The notes under the pieces are model-generated. The model ran no database searches, was not told where the DNA came from, and saw only the letters and a program-made list of their open reading frames with translations. The translations under genes were made by a program, and so were the position numbers. From NCBI RefSeq assembly GCF_006345805.1, contig NC_043001.1, positions 16,492,001 to 16,556,000 of the forward strand: a DNA stretch of 64,000 nt, written 5' to 3'. Positions 39,169 to 50,984 of the stretch are shown in pieces (position 1 is the stretch's first letter; every line of letters begins with the position of its first letter). The DNA comes from Octopus sinensis (lineage: Eukaryota).

Positions 39169-39277
39169 TTTTTCTTCCTTTTTTTTCTTCTTTCAAATTT
39201 GCTTCCATTTCTTGCCGAGTGTCTTCCCGACTCCTAGGGCAAAGAAACTGTCAGATTATTATTATTATTACTACTAC

Positions 39278-39324
<47 letters not shown>

Positions 39325-39325
39325 T

Positions 39326-39366
<41 letters not shown>

Positions 39367-39769
39367 CATTATTATTACTATTATTATTATTATTATTATC
39401 ATTATTATTATTATTATATCCAGTTATAATTTGGTTTTATTTTATTTCCATTTCCATATTAAACTTTCTTAATCATTGTTTTCCTTGTACCTCCAGCTAT
39501 CTCTACCGGAAAATCTTAACTAATCTTCATAATATTTTCCCGAACCATTAGTTAATTATTATAGTAATAATAATTAATATATTTTCAATATTTTGTAATT
39601 CTAACTTGTTTTAATTCTTAAATACTTAATCATTAATTCCTGTTTTTCGATGGTGCTAACCGTCATGTCAGATTTAACAACAGATGTTTTAATCAAACCA
39701 TTTCTCAAATCCACCTCATACAAATAGATATAGACAAACAAAAGGATCTACACAGTAGTAAATAGATCT

Positions 39770-40048
39770 CCCTCTCTCTGTTTCTCTCTCTCTCTTTCTC
39801 CTCCTCTCTCTGTTTTTTTTCTCTCTCTCTCCTCGTCCTCTCTTTTTTTCTCTCTCTCCTTTCTCTCTCTCCTCTGTTTCTTCCTCTTTCTCTCTCCTCT
39901 CTCTGTCTCTTTCTCCGCCTCCTCTGTTTTTTTTTCTTCTCCTCCTCTCTCTCTCTCTTCTCCTCTCTCTCTCCTCTCTTCTCTCTCTCTCCTCTGTTTT
40001 TTCTCTTTCTCTCTCTCTCTCTCTTTCTCCTCCTCTCTCCCTATCTTT
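39770..40048. repeat. About 280-bp polypyrimidine (CT-rich) tract
   Basis: Almost purine-free on the plus strand. Confidence 0.9.
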
Positions 40049-40120
40049 ATTCCTTTATTTCACTTGCTTCATCCATTGGACTGCAGCTATGCTGAGCCAT
40101 ATAAATACACAGACAAATAT

Positions 40121-40166
<46 letters not shown>

Positions 40167-40264
40167 CAAATATATATATATATATATATATACATACATA
40201 CATACATACATACATACATACATAAATACATACATACATATGTATATCCTTTTCTTCTTTTTTG

Positions 40265-40732
40265 TTTTTACTTGTTTCATTCATTTGACTGGAGTCATGC
40301 TGGAGCACCGCATTTAGGCGAACTAATCAACCCTAGGACTTATTCTTTGTAAGCCTAGTATTTATTATACCGGTCTCTATTGCCGAACCGCTAAGTTACA
40401 GGGTCGTAAATACAGAGACACAAATACACACACACATCTGGCGAACAGTTCTTGAGGTGGTCATTAAGCTCTGCAATAATGTTGGGAGCTGTACTTCTGT
40501 GATCCTTACTAACAGTTCGCGTAAGAGTCCGACGGTTCCTATCTGAAAGTTTTGGTTTTCTTCCGGAGTTTTGTTTCGATGAGGAGGTTTTTCCCTCTTT
40601 TTCAAAAACTGTTATTACTTTCGAGACAGTACTTCTTGATACACCGAACACTTTTGCTGTTTCCGTTACGCTAGCGCCTGTCATACGTGCACAAATAATT
40701 TGTATATATATGTATATACAAAAGTTATATAT

Positions 40733-40772
<40 letters not shown>

Positions 40773-40955
40773 ATATATATATATATTATATATACGACGG
40801 GATTCTTTCAGTTTCCGTCTACCAAATCCACTCACAAGGTTTTAGTCGGCCCGAGGCTATAGTAGAAGACACTTGCCCAAAGTGTTATGCAGTGGAACTG
40901 AACCCGGAACCATGTGATTGGGAAGCAAGCTTTTTTACTACACAGCCACTCTCTG
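40265..40955 (-). mobile_element. SINE family C carrying a Tc1 transposase fragment in its central microsatellite
   Basis: SINE tail about 40265-40437, Tc1 piece about 40440-40702, TA run, SINE head about 40794-40955. Confidence 0.8.
40440..40702 (-). pseudogene. Tc1 transposase N-terminal fragment homologous to about 43620-43900
   Basis: MTGASVTETAKVFGVSRSTVSKV..GRKPKLSDRNRRTL; no TIR. Confidence 0.85.
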
Positions 40956-41097
40956 CATAGTCATGAAGATATACAGACTGACAGGCATGCAGGCATACAG
41001 AATGCTAGATAAATAGGCAAACTGATAGCCTCGTAGATGGTTGTAGAGAGAAACAGACACGGACAAATGCATAAGCATCTACAGGTATATATGCTTT

Positions 41098-41330
41098 AAG
41101 GCGGCGAGCTGGCAGAACCGTTAGCACGCCGGGCGAAATGCTTTGCGGTATTTCGTTTGCCGCTACGTTCTGAGTTCAAATTCCGCCGAGGTCGACTTTG
41201 CCTTTCATCCTTTCGGGGTCGATTAAATAAGTACCAGTTGAATACTGGGGTCGATATAATCGACTTAATCCGTTTGTCTGTCCTTGTTTGTCCTCTGTGT
41301 GTTTAGCCCCTTGTGGGTAGTAAAGAAAAA
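41098..41330 (+). mobile_element. SINE family B
   Basis: Family consensus. Confidence 0.85.
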
Positions 41331-41387
41331 GGTATATATGCTTGTAAGTGCAGTATTGTGTATGTATGTGCTATTATATATTGTGGG

Positions 41388-41672
41388 AGCACTCCGTCGG
41401 TTACGACGAGGCTCCCAGCTGATACGATCAACGGAACAGCTTGCTCGTGAAATTAACATGCAAGTGGCTGAGCACTCCACAGACACGCGTACATTTAACG
41501 TAGTTCTCATGGAGATTCGACGTAACACAAAGTTTGACAAGGCTGGCCCTTTGAAATACAGGTACTACTCATTTTTGCCAGCTGAGTGGACTGGAGTAAC
41601 GTGAAATAAAGTGTCTTGCTCAAGGACACAACACGTCGCCGGGAATTGAACTCACGATCTTACGATCGGGAT
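41388..41672 (-). mobile_element. SINE family D head + T1 tail
   Basis: CCTTGAGCAAGACACTTTATTTCACG.. joined to T1. Confidence 0.8.
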
Positions 41673-41914
41673 CTCACTCATAAGGAAACATTGGTTATAA
41701 ACTCTATATTTGGATGGACTCATTTTAAATTCTGTTGGACTTTTGGACTTTACTCAAAGGATATTGGAATATTGCATGCATACCATTATGCCTATAAAAT
41801 GGAATTACAACTTCAATATCCCTACATATCTTGCATCTATTTTCTTTCCTCCACTTCACTCTCTATTTTGTATCACATCTATAATAACTATTACTTAACG
41901 TTTCCTCTCACACC

Positions 41915-41966
41915 GTCTCCGATGAAGGGATATAATTAATAAATATCCTAGAAACAGCTGTAAGAC
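41915..41966 (+). ncRNA. Minimal type I hammerhead-like motif with palindromic stem III (Penelope type), degenerate
   Basis: GTCT-CCGATGA-A-GGGATAT-(9 nt)-ATATCCT-A-GAAA-C-AGCT-GT-A-AGAC; U4C substitution and an A/A mismatch at the base of stem II. Confidence 0.5.
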
Positions 41967-42182
41967 CTTCTATCTATAAATGCTCTAATATCTACACAGC
42001 CTTGTTTTTTTTTATCTTATTGCGCAAAAAATTCTTCTATACACACGCTGAGATAGAACCAACGTTGGACCCTTTATTCGCAATATTACCGAATCTGGAA
42101 CTTAACTATGGTCTGTCTATAGCACTTTTTCAGCATTATCTGACACCTTTGGGTCTCAATGACACCATTATCTCTTATAACC

Positions 42183-42213
<31 letters not shown>

Positions 42214-42505
42214 TATATAATATCTATGATATATATATATATATATATATATATGTTTGTATGTATGTGTGTATATTATATATATATATATATATATTAT
42301 ATAATATATATATATATATATCTATATATATTGTTTGTATGTTATGTGTGTAATATATATATATATATATATAATATATATATAACCCATGCTAGCATGG
42401 AAAACGGACGCTAACTATGATGATGATGATATATATATATCATACATACATACATAAGTTTCTGCAATATATATATATATATATATAGATAAGATAGATA
42501 GACAA

Positions 42506-42547
<42 letters not shown>

Positions 42548-42549
42548 GA

Positions 42550-42584
<35 letters not shown>

Positions 42585-42851
42585 TGTACATGTGCTTAAA
42601 TGCATGTACACACACAAAACAAAAAACGCGCTACGTATTACTTAAATTTCGTGGGCGCAGAGCACTTCCGAACTATCAGCAGATTCCTTTGGAGATAGTA
42701 TTTATTTCCGAGCAGCTGAAGATGTGAATGTGTTCTACGCCCAAGAAGCTAAGTGAAAAACTCATTGAAAACCAAAATGGAGTTGAGTGAAAATTATAAC
42801 TCCATCAATGGAGTGCTACTTTCTTTTGTTAGTTCATTCACTCCTGTATAT

Positions 42852-44120
42852 CGAGGGCTGGACAAAATAATGGAAATGCCTTAAAATTTCAAACAAATTC
42901 ATTTTAATATGGGCAGGACCGCCTCTGGCAGTAATTACAGCTTGAATTCTACGAGGTATGGACTCGTACAAAATTTGAATTATTACCAAAGGAATTTTTG
43001 TTCATTCTTTAGCTAAAATAGTCTCCAGTTCTTGTAGTGATGATGATAGAGGATATTGACTCCTTACTTTTTTTTCTAAAATGCACCATAAATGTTCAAT
43101 AATATTGAGATCTGGGGACTGAGATGGCCAGATAAGATGTTTAACTTCACTAGAATGTTCCTCGTGCCATTCAGTAACTACTTTAGCTGTGTGAATTGGT
43201 GCATTATCATCTTGAAAGATTGCGTTTCCCTCCGGAAACAGTTCCGCAACCATAGAATGAATTTGATCAGATAAAATGCTTAGTCCTGATTCTTAATTCT
43301 GCCATGAAGGGAAACCATTGGGCCGGCGGGTTTCCAAGATACAGCCCCCAAGATCATCACAGATCCTCCTCCATGTTTAACAGTTGAAAGAAGGCACTCT
43401 GGGTCAAATGCTTCTTTTGGCTGTCTCCACACGTATACTCAGCCGGTGGTCGGTAATAAGGTAAAGGATAACTCGTCCGAGAAAATAAAATTCTTCCACT
43501 TCTCTAGAAACCAATTCTGTAGATTTTTACTCCACTCCAAACGCTTTGCAACATTTGTTTTTGAAAGTAGTGGTTTGCTGATTGTAGCCTTCCCGTAAAA
43601 TCTGGCTTTGTGCAGCTCCCGGCGAACAGCTTTTGTTGAGACTCGGTTCTTGAGGTGGTCATTAAGTCCTGCAATAATTTTGGGAGCTGTACTTTTGTGA
43701 TCCTTTCTAACAATTCGCGTAAAAGTCCGACGATTGCTATCTGAAAGTTTTGGTTTTCTGCCGGAGTTTTGCTTCGACGAGGAGGTTTTTCCCTCTTTTT
43801 CAAAAACTGTCATTACTTTCGAGACAGTACTTCTTGATACACCGAACACTTCTGCTGTTTTCGTTACACTAGCGCCTGCCATACGAGCACAAACAATTTG
43901 ACTTCTTTGAAAGTCCGATAGATCTGTCATTTTAATGAATTTTAATTACCCTTTTCTGATGATATCTGCAAAAGAAACATCAATTTTAGCAAAACATATT
44001 AAGCAACATTAATAATAAATAAAAAAACTTAAGAATAAACAAGCTTTTGACGGTTTTATAGATATTTCAAAATTATGATGCTATAAAGCTAAATGTTTCC
44101 AATATTTTGTCCAACACATG
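42852..44120 (-). mobile_element. Tc1-family DNA transposon, about 1.27 kb, DD36E type, degenerate
   Basis: Diverged TIRs CGAGGGCTGGACAAAATAATGGAAA / CATGTGTTGGACAAAATATTGGAAA; TA-rich flanks; transposase inside. Confidence 0.9.
42904..43930 (-). pseudogene. Tc1 transposase pseudogene (paired-like HTH + DD36E)
   Basis: GRKPK linker, FSDE (D at 43475-77), FQDDNAPIH (D at 43206-08), SPDLNIIE (E at 43095-97); in-frame stops and a frameshift. Confidence 0.9.
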
Positions 44121-44400
44121 TATATATATACATATTGGTTTCCAATTTTGGCACAAGCCCAGCAATTTCATGGGAAGGATTATGCCAATTACATGGACCC
44201 CAGTACTCAGCTGGTACTTGTTTTATCGACCCTGGAAGGATGAAAGGTAAAGTGTTCTCCTTAATGGAATTAGGATTCAGAAGAAAAGACGGACGAAATG
44301 CCGCTAAGCATTTTCCCCGGTCTGCTAACAATTCTGGCAGCTCGGCCTCCGTATTTACATTCATACATATCAAAATGTTAAAAGGCTACACATGAGTAAA

Positions 44401-44793
44401 TCTCTCTCTATATAAAGCTGAAGTTGTTTGTATATGGCAGGTTTGATAGCCTTCAACTGACACTATCTCCTCTGAAACCCTGTGGCGCATGTTGACCAAA
44501 ATTGAAAGTATGATAGAAAAAGGCTTGCTCTTCATTCTGTGGAAGATAAAATCCAAATCGGACCATGTTAACGCCAAAAATGATTTACATCAAAACGGTA
44601 CTTTTTTTCTATGAAAATCCCTATTTTTTACGATTTTTTTTACTGCTGTGTCGCCATTTTTCGGTGTATTTCAACCAGAAAAATGTTCACTTAAAGAGAA
44701 TAACAAGCTACATAATGCAAAAGTTTTACTTTTCATAAATTTCAATTCTAAAGGGTCGAAACAAACCCGAGCAACGCCGGGCGATACTGCTAG
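44401..44793 (+). mobile_element. Non-autonomous Helitron (393 bp)
   Basis: Starts TC after A (44400); subterminal hairpin CCCG-AGCAACGC-CGGG; ends CTAG before T (44794); no TSD. Confidence 0.75.
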
Positions 44794-44864
44794 TATATAT
44801 TAAAGAGAAATAAAATAAGACGAACATGCTTAGAGAATATTATCATGGAAAATAGAAAATAGAT

Positions 44865-44900
44865 ATCTACCGGTTTCGTTTAAGACGACTTCTTCATGAT
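44865..44900 (-). ncRNA. Degenerate minimal hammerhead-like remnant
   Basis: Minus strand ATC-ATGAAGA-AGTCGTCTTAAAC-GAAA-CCGGTA-GAT: palindromic ACCGGT stem III and GUA triplet, but C3A and a poor stem II. Confidence 0.3.
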
Positions 44901-45301
44901 GGAGTGAAAAGTAAAGAAAAATTGAAATAGATAAAATCAAACTTTCATAATATCAGTTCCGAAAGTTCATATTTTTCTTATAAAATCACACGGTGCTGTA
45001 TCTGTTACGAAGTACATCAAATACACACACACACACACACACACGCACGCACACACACACACACACACTTACACACACACACACACACACACTCACACAC
45101 GCACACATTTAAAAACAACTACCAATTGAATACTCCGCATACCGGATGCTAGCAAGTTTATGGGAGTCATCAAGAAAGAACGACGCTGTTTCGGGCCTTT
45201 GCTTCTCGATGGCATCATTGCGCACCGAACCCTCTCACTGAAACGAGGCCCCCGCCTGCTAGATCAACTGGTTATCAGATCCTTCTAGCCATTACTCATC
45301 G

Positions 45302-45390
45302 TTATTTTGTTAAGGATATTTGTACACAAATTATAGCCTGCACTCTAATTTCTGGCTATAATTTCTGTAGAAATAACCTTAACAAAATAA
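45302..45390. other. 89-nt imperfect hairpin (37-bp arms, 15-nt loop)
   Basis: TTATTTTGTTAAGGATATTTGTACACAAATTATAGCC versus GGCTATAATTTCTGTAGAAATAACCTTAACAAAATAA, 3 mismatches. Confidence 0.75.
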
Positions 45391-45460
45391 TGTAATAAGT
45401 ACTGCTAACGCAGCAGGATGTAGTGTTGGCCTATAAAAACACTAAAAAAAAAAAAAAAGA

Positions 45461-45775
45461 CTCCGCCGGTTACGACGACGAGGGTCCCAGCTGATACGAT
45501 CAACGGAACAACTTGCTCGTGAAATTAACGTGCAAATGGCTGAGCATTTCCCAGACCTGTGACCCTTAACGTAGTTCTCGGGATAATCAGCGTGACACAG
45601 AGAGTGACAAGGCTGACCCTTTGAAATACAAGTACAACTCATTTTTGCCAGCTGAGTGGACTGGAGCAACGTGAAATAAAGTGTCTTGCTCAAGGATACA
45701 ACGCGTCGCCGGGAATCGAACTCACAACCTTACGATCATGAGCCGAATGCCCTAACCACTTAGCCACGCGCCCTC
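45461..45775 (-). mobile_element. SINE family D head + T1 tail
   Basis: tRNA-like head GGCGCGTGGCTAAGTGGTTAGGG..GAGTTCGATTCCC on the minus strand. Confidence 0.85.
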
Positions 45776-46107
45776 ACATAAAAACACTAATATACGTTAT
45801 GGTTGCATAACGAAATACCACGTACCCACAAGTCATTATTGCTCATCGTTTCTTTTTAACCAAATCCTGTGGCTTGCCTTTTCCATTGTAGTTTGTATAT
45901 CAATCATGGTGGTATTTACTTTACGATTAGTTAAGGCGGCGAGCTGGCATAAACGTTAGCACGCCGGGCGAAATGCCTAGCGGTATTTCGTCTGTCTTTA
46001 TGTTCTGAGTTCAAATTCCGCCGAGATCGACATTGCCTTTCATCCTTTCTGGGTCGATTAAATAAGTACCTGTTACTCACTGGGGTCGATAAATCAACTT
46101 AATCCGT

Positions 46108-46207
46108 NNNNNNNNNNNNNNNNNNNNNNNNNNNNNNNNNNNNNNNNNNNNNNNNNNNNNNNNNNNNNNNNNNNNNNNNNNNNNNNNNNNNNNNNNNNNN
46201 NNNNNNN
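46108..46207. other. Assembly gap (100 N)
   Basis: N run interrupting a family B SINE. Confidence 1.
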
Positions 46208-46629
46208 AGGACGAAAGGGTCGCAATGACTCTGTACAAACCATACCCAGTATATTAATAAACCCCTGCTACTTTGTTGGGTATATATTGAGCGTTTAACA
46301 GAAGTCTACAGAAAGTTCGGACTGAGGTAGTTTTAGGTAGATAAGTACCGTCATAGAAAACCAATATCTGGCATTCCAAGTGGTTCCATGGATGTTGCGA
46401 ATGTATTGTCGTCTCTCTTCATTATGGCGCATCAATGAGTGGAGAGGTGGTAAGTACACTTGCACCTGGAAACAGCCCAGACGCAGCAAAGGTGGTTAAT
46501 GCTACTGTCTTGCAGTGTATCGTCGACCAGAACGAATAGGACAACTAACCCATATAAATCATATGTATACACATACGTGTATATATATATATATAGATTA
46601 TATATATCTAGATATATATTATATATAGA

Positions 46630-46683
<54 letters not shown>

Positions 46684-47534
46684 GTATAGTATATATATAT
46701 ATAATATATATATATATTATATATACATATATGAGTGTCTTTGTGTCTGTGTCTGTGAATAATATATTATATATATATAATATATATATAATATATATAT
46801 ATAGTATAGCATGTAATATGTATACATATATGTATATGTGTATATATATATGTGTATATATGTGTATACATGTATGTGCATATGTATCTATTATGCATGT
46901 ATGAATGCATATATATACAATTACATGTATATATACAGACATACATTATACATACATATAGATGCATACACACACATAATGTATATACAGTATACGCAGA
47001 CATGCATGTATGTTCATTAATATCCAGGCGTAGGTGGCTATGCGGGTAGATATATATGTATATAATACGGATGATATAATACGATACACACATATATAAA
47101 AATAATTGTTCTGCCAAATGTATAACTAAATACGTGTTATGGTATATGTCATATAATATTTTTATGCACAGTTGCACACATATATGCAGGTCTGCAGAAA
47201 CAGAAACACACACAAGCACAATAGCATTTGCACATTGTAAATGCATGCATTTTCACGTGAGCTTAAGCGGGGTACCTTTCAATTTGCTCATAGTGTTTGG
47301 CTAAGATCATCCCTGATAGTGTAGACCTATGGCCTAAGGCGCTCCAGTCATGTCCAGTTTGTCTTTTCTATATCCAGGACTACATTTTACAATGTTAGGT
47401 TACAACCACCCTCACGGAAAAAAGACAAAAAAAAAAATAATAATAAACTATATGTCGTACGGGGTTTCGGGTTTAGCTTTGGCGATCGTGTCGAAACATA
47501 GACTTCTCAAACTTTTTAACTATTGCTCCTTTTC

Positions 47535-47776
47535 TTTTACTCTTTACTCTTTTACTCTTTTGCTTGTTTCAGTCATTTGACTGCGACTGTGCTGGAGCAC
47601 CGCCTTTAGTCGAGCAAATCGATACCAGGACTTATTCTTTGTAAGCCTAGTACTTATTCTATCGGACTCTTTTTCCGAATCGCTAGGTTACGGGGACGTA
47701 AACACACCACCATCGGTTGTCAAGCGACGTTGGAGAGGACAAACACAGACACACAAACATACATACACACATATGT

Positions 47777-47808
<32 letters not shown>

Positions 47809-47980
47809 CATATATACGACAGGCTTCTTTCAGTTTCTGTCTACCAAATCCACTCACAAGGCTTTGGTTGATTCGAGGCTATAGTGGAAGACACTTGCCC
47901 AAGGTGCCACACTGTGAGAATGAACCCGAAACCACGTGGTTGGTAAGCAAGCTACTTACCACACAGCTACTCCTACGCCT
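47535..47980 (-). mobile_element. SINE family C
   Basis: Family consensus. Confidence 0.85.
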
Positions 47981-48149
47981 ATTTATTGAAGTCATTTTTT
48001 AAAAAAAATCCCGCCATGTTAAGATTCAACAAAATTTAATACTCCTAAAAATATCGTTGTTGACTTAACTTATTTCATCAATATAAAAGGGAATTTTGAT
48101 ACAACATTGCAATACTTGATTATTATATTCGGTTGGTTTAAAAGTTGAG

Positions 48150-49160
48150 GTCAAGACGTTAGAAATGGAAGAGGGAAAGAAATTCTGAAAAGATGTTATG
48201 GAATGAGTGGCTTGGGACAAGATGAAATGGAGATAGGAGTGGAAGTCAGTGGGATTGAAAGAAACAGAGGTGAAGAAATTGGTGTGGTCAATATAGATGA
48301 GATGCCTAGGAAATTAACAGAGGTGACAGAGAGAGTTGGTGAAGGCGATTAAAATGTGGACTTATTAAAACCAAGGGAGGTGGCTTAACGGAAACGATGA
48401 ACGTGCCAAAGGATGCGGAGCGAAGAGAGTTCATCCTGGAGAGCTGCTGGAACTTCTTAAACTCTTCCAAAAGCAAAGCATTCAAACGTGCGAATGTAGA
48501 AGCTGGTTACAGGATCCAGGGTCTTGGGCTGTCCTGGCTTGGATATTCAATGGAATGGACGTTAATAAAGAAATTCAATGGAATGGACATTAGAGGAAGT
48601 CGGCGAAATAATCAAAGAGGCTGAGCCCCGGTAGTATGTAACGGAAGCTTTGTGCTCGTCAGGAATTGCTGGGCAGTTGAAAATCGTCGATGGATGGGGT
48701 GAATGGAATTTTGGCGTCGGAGATTGGTAAGCTGGTGGGGTAAAGTAACAACAGCCTGTTGGAATGTGAATGGTGAAGAGCAAACAGGAAGTAGGGTCGG
48801 GGTTGGGTTGAGGATTTGGCCGAGTTTACAGGGTTTGGCTGTTGAGGGAAAGCCAAACAGCAGTCGGGTGTGTCAATGGATGAAAATGATTAGCGAATAA
48901 GTGATAGGATGTGTGCAGGTCGAAGAGAGGTAGAGACAGGTCTGGTAAATGATATAGCTTGGAACACGTGGAGTAGATGGTGACACACTTGCATCAATTG
49001 GGAATGTGGATGATAATGAGATGGGTGGAGTGTGCAGAATACCTAGTAAAGTTGAAGTAAAGGCGGAAACCGTGTAGGATGAGCTTGAGGTGTACGCAAC
49101 GTTAATGGCAGTGTACCTAGATTAGCGAGTTTTACTATACGTGATTGTAGAGAAATGCAA
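48150..49160 (-). pseudogene. Heavily decayed Penelope-like element RT remnant
   Basis: Minus-strand fragments TSVNFLG..TSVSFNPTDFHSYLHF resemble the PLE RT C-terminal LPFLD..TSVHYKPTDSHSYL block; LHGFRLYF and LPISDAK resemble the N-terminal region. Confidence 0.5.
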
Positions 49161-50044
49161 AATAGTGAAAGCGGCTAAGATACTGTTAAATGTGATAACA
49201 AAAAATCTCGGTTAAAGAGTTTGAAATTTGGAGTGGTTTAATATAAATGTAAGTTCAAATGGATTTGCCTCAGCGTTTAAAGTATTCAAACATTTTTCAG
49301 GAACACAAGTAATAATTTTCTGTTTGTGTGTGTGTATGGGGGTTGGTTGCTTGTGTCTGTGTATGTATGTACAGTATTGCATACTGGGAATGGTATTTCA
49401 AATAGAAGAAACTCTCTCATGTCCTCGAAGACAATATCCAAACGATCAGTGTCTATCTTTTTTCCTGTGTAAATCGACATATTCTTTAATACGGTTACTA
49501 TGTCGTTTCCCGAATCCTCTTCATGTGTATCGTTATGCTAGATTAATTTCTGATGTATAAAAGCTCCAACACTCATACCTATAAATGTATAATTTCTTTG
49601 GTTAAGAAGCAGAGACAATGTGTTTAATAAATCCCTCCTACCATTTCAAATGTTTAGTGTTTTTGCTTCGTCACATGTTTGATGGTGATTTTTGGTGGAA
49701 AGATTTTGATCTACTGCAGCGACCAAAACTTCTTAATTTACAGGTTTGGGTTCGGTCCTTTTCAGCACTTGATTCGTACAAAAAATTATTGAACTCTGAG
49801 ATATGAAAGGTAAACTTGACTTCGCCACATATTATGTTTCATCACACGTTCTTCTCAGCCAGAGTTGCTTTCCTGCAGGGGATATTTTACAATAATTTTC
49901 TAATTGATTAAGTCTGCTTATTTTCTGTATTCCTTGTAAATGTAATCTTTCTATGTCATATTTAAGAAAAAATCTATTCTAAATGCAGTTATTATTGTTC
50001 TTATTTGGCTTCTAGTCTTGCTCGTTCGTTTAGTTTCTTTTTGA

Positions 50045-50950
50045 TAATATTCCTTTCTACCCACGAGGCTTGAAATTATTGGGGAGAGGGCCAGTCGATT
50101 AGATCGACCCCCAATACGCGACTGGTACTTAATTTATCGACCTGGAAAGGATGAAATGCAAAGTCGACCTCGGCGGAATTTGAACTCAGAACGTAATGAC
50201 AGACGGTATACCATTAAATTTCGCCCAGCGGGCTAACGTTTCTTATTTCTTTATTACCTACAAGGGGCTAAACACAGAGGGGACAAACAAGGACAGGCAA
50301 ACGGATTAAGTCGATTACATCGACCCCACTGCGTAACGGCTACTTAATTTATCGACCCCGAAAGGATGAAAGGCAAAGTCAACCTCGGCGGAATTTGAAC
50401 TCAGAACGTAGCGGCAGACGAAATACCGCTAAGCATTTCGCCCGGCGTACTAATTATTCTTATTTCTTTATTGTCCTTTCTGTGTTTAGCCCCTTGGGGG
50501 CAGTAAAGAAATAGGTATTTCGTCTGCCGCTACGTTCTGAGTTCAAATTCCGCCGAGGTCAACTTTGCCTTTCATCCTTTCGGGGTCGGTTAAATAAGTA
50601 CCAGTTTCGCACTGGGGTCGATGTAATCGAATTAATCCGTTAGTCTATCCTTGTTTGTCCTCTCTATGTTTGGCCCCTTGTGGGCAGTAAAGAAATAAGA
50701 AATTGTTGGCTTTGTGTCAAAATTTGAAATTATTATTAATTCCTCACCGTAAGGCGGCGAGCTGGCAGAGATGTTAGTGCGCCGGGCGATATACTAGTCA
50801 GCATTTCGTCAGTCTTCATGTTCTGAGTTCAAATTCCGCCGAAGTTGAATTTGCCTTTTATCCTTTCGGGGTCAATGAAACAAGTAACAGCTGAACATTG
50901 GAGACGATGTAATCGAATTACGCCTCCACAGAAATTGCTCGCCATGTGCT
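50045..50950. mobile_element. Cluster of family B SINE units in opposite orientations
   Basis: Minus-strand tandem units 50045-50450; plus-strand units 50470-50702 and 50752-50950. Confidence 0.85.
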
Positions 50951-50984
50951 AAAATTTGAACCCAATATTTGTGGTTTTGTATGC

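Noticed and set aside
45170-45225. CCCGAAACAGCGTC on the minus strand
   Set aside because: The upstream core is AATGATG rather than CUGANGA, and there is no stem I.
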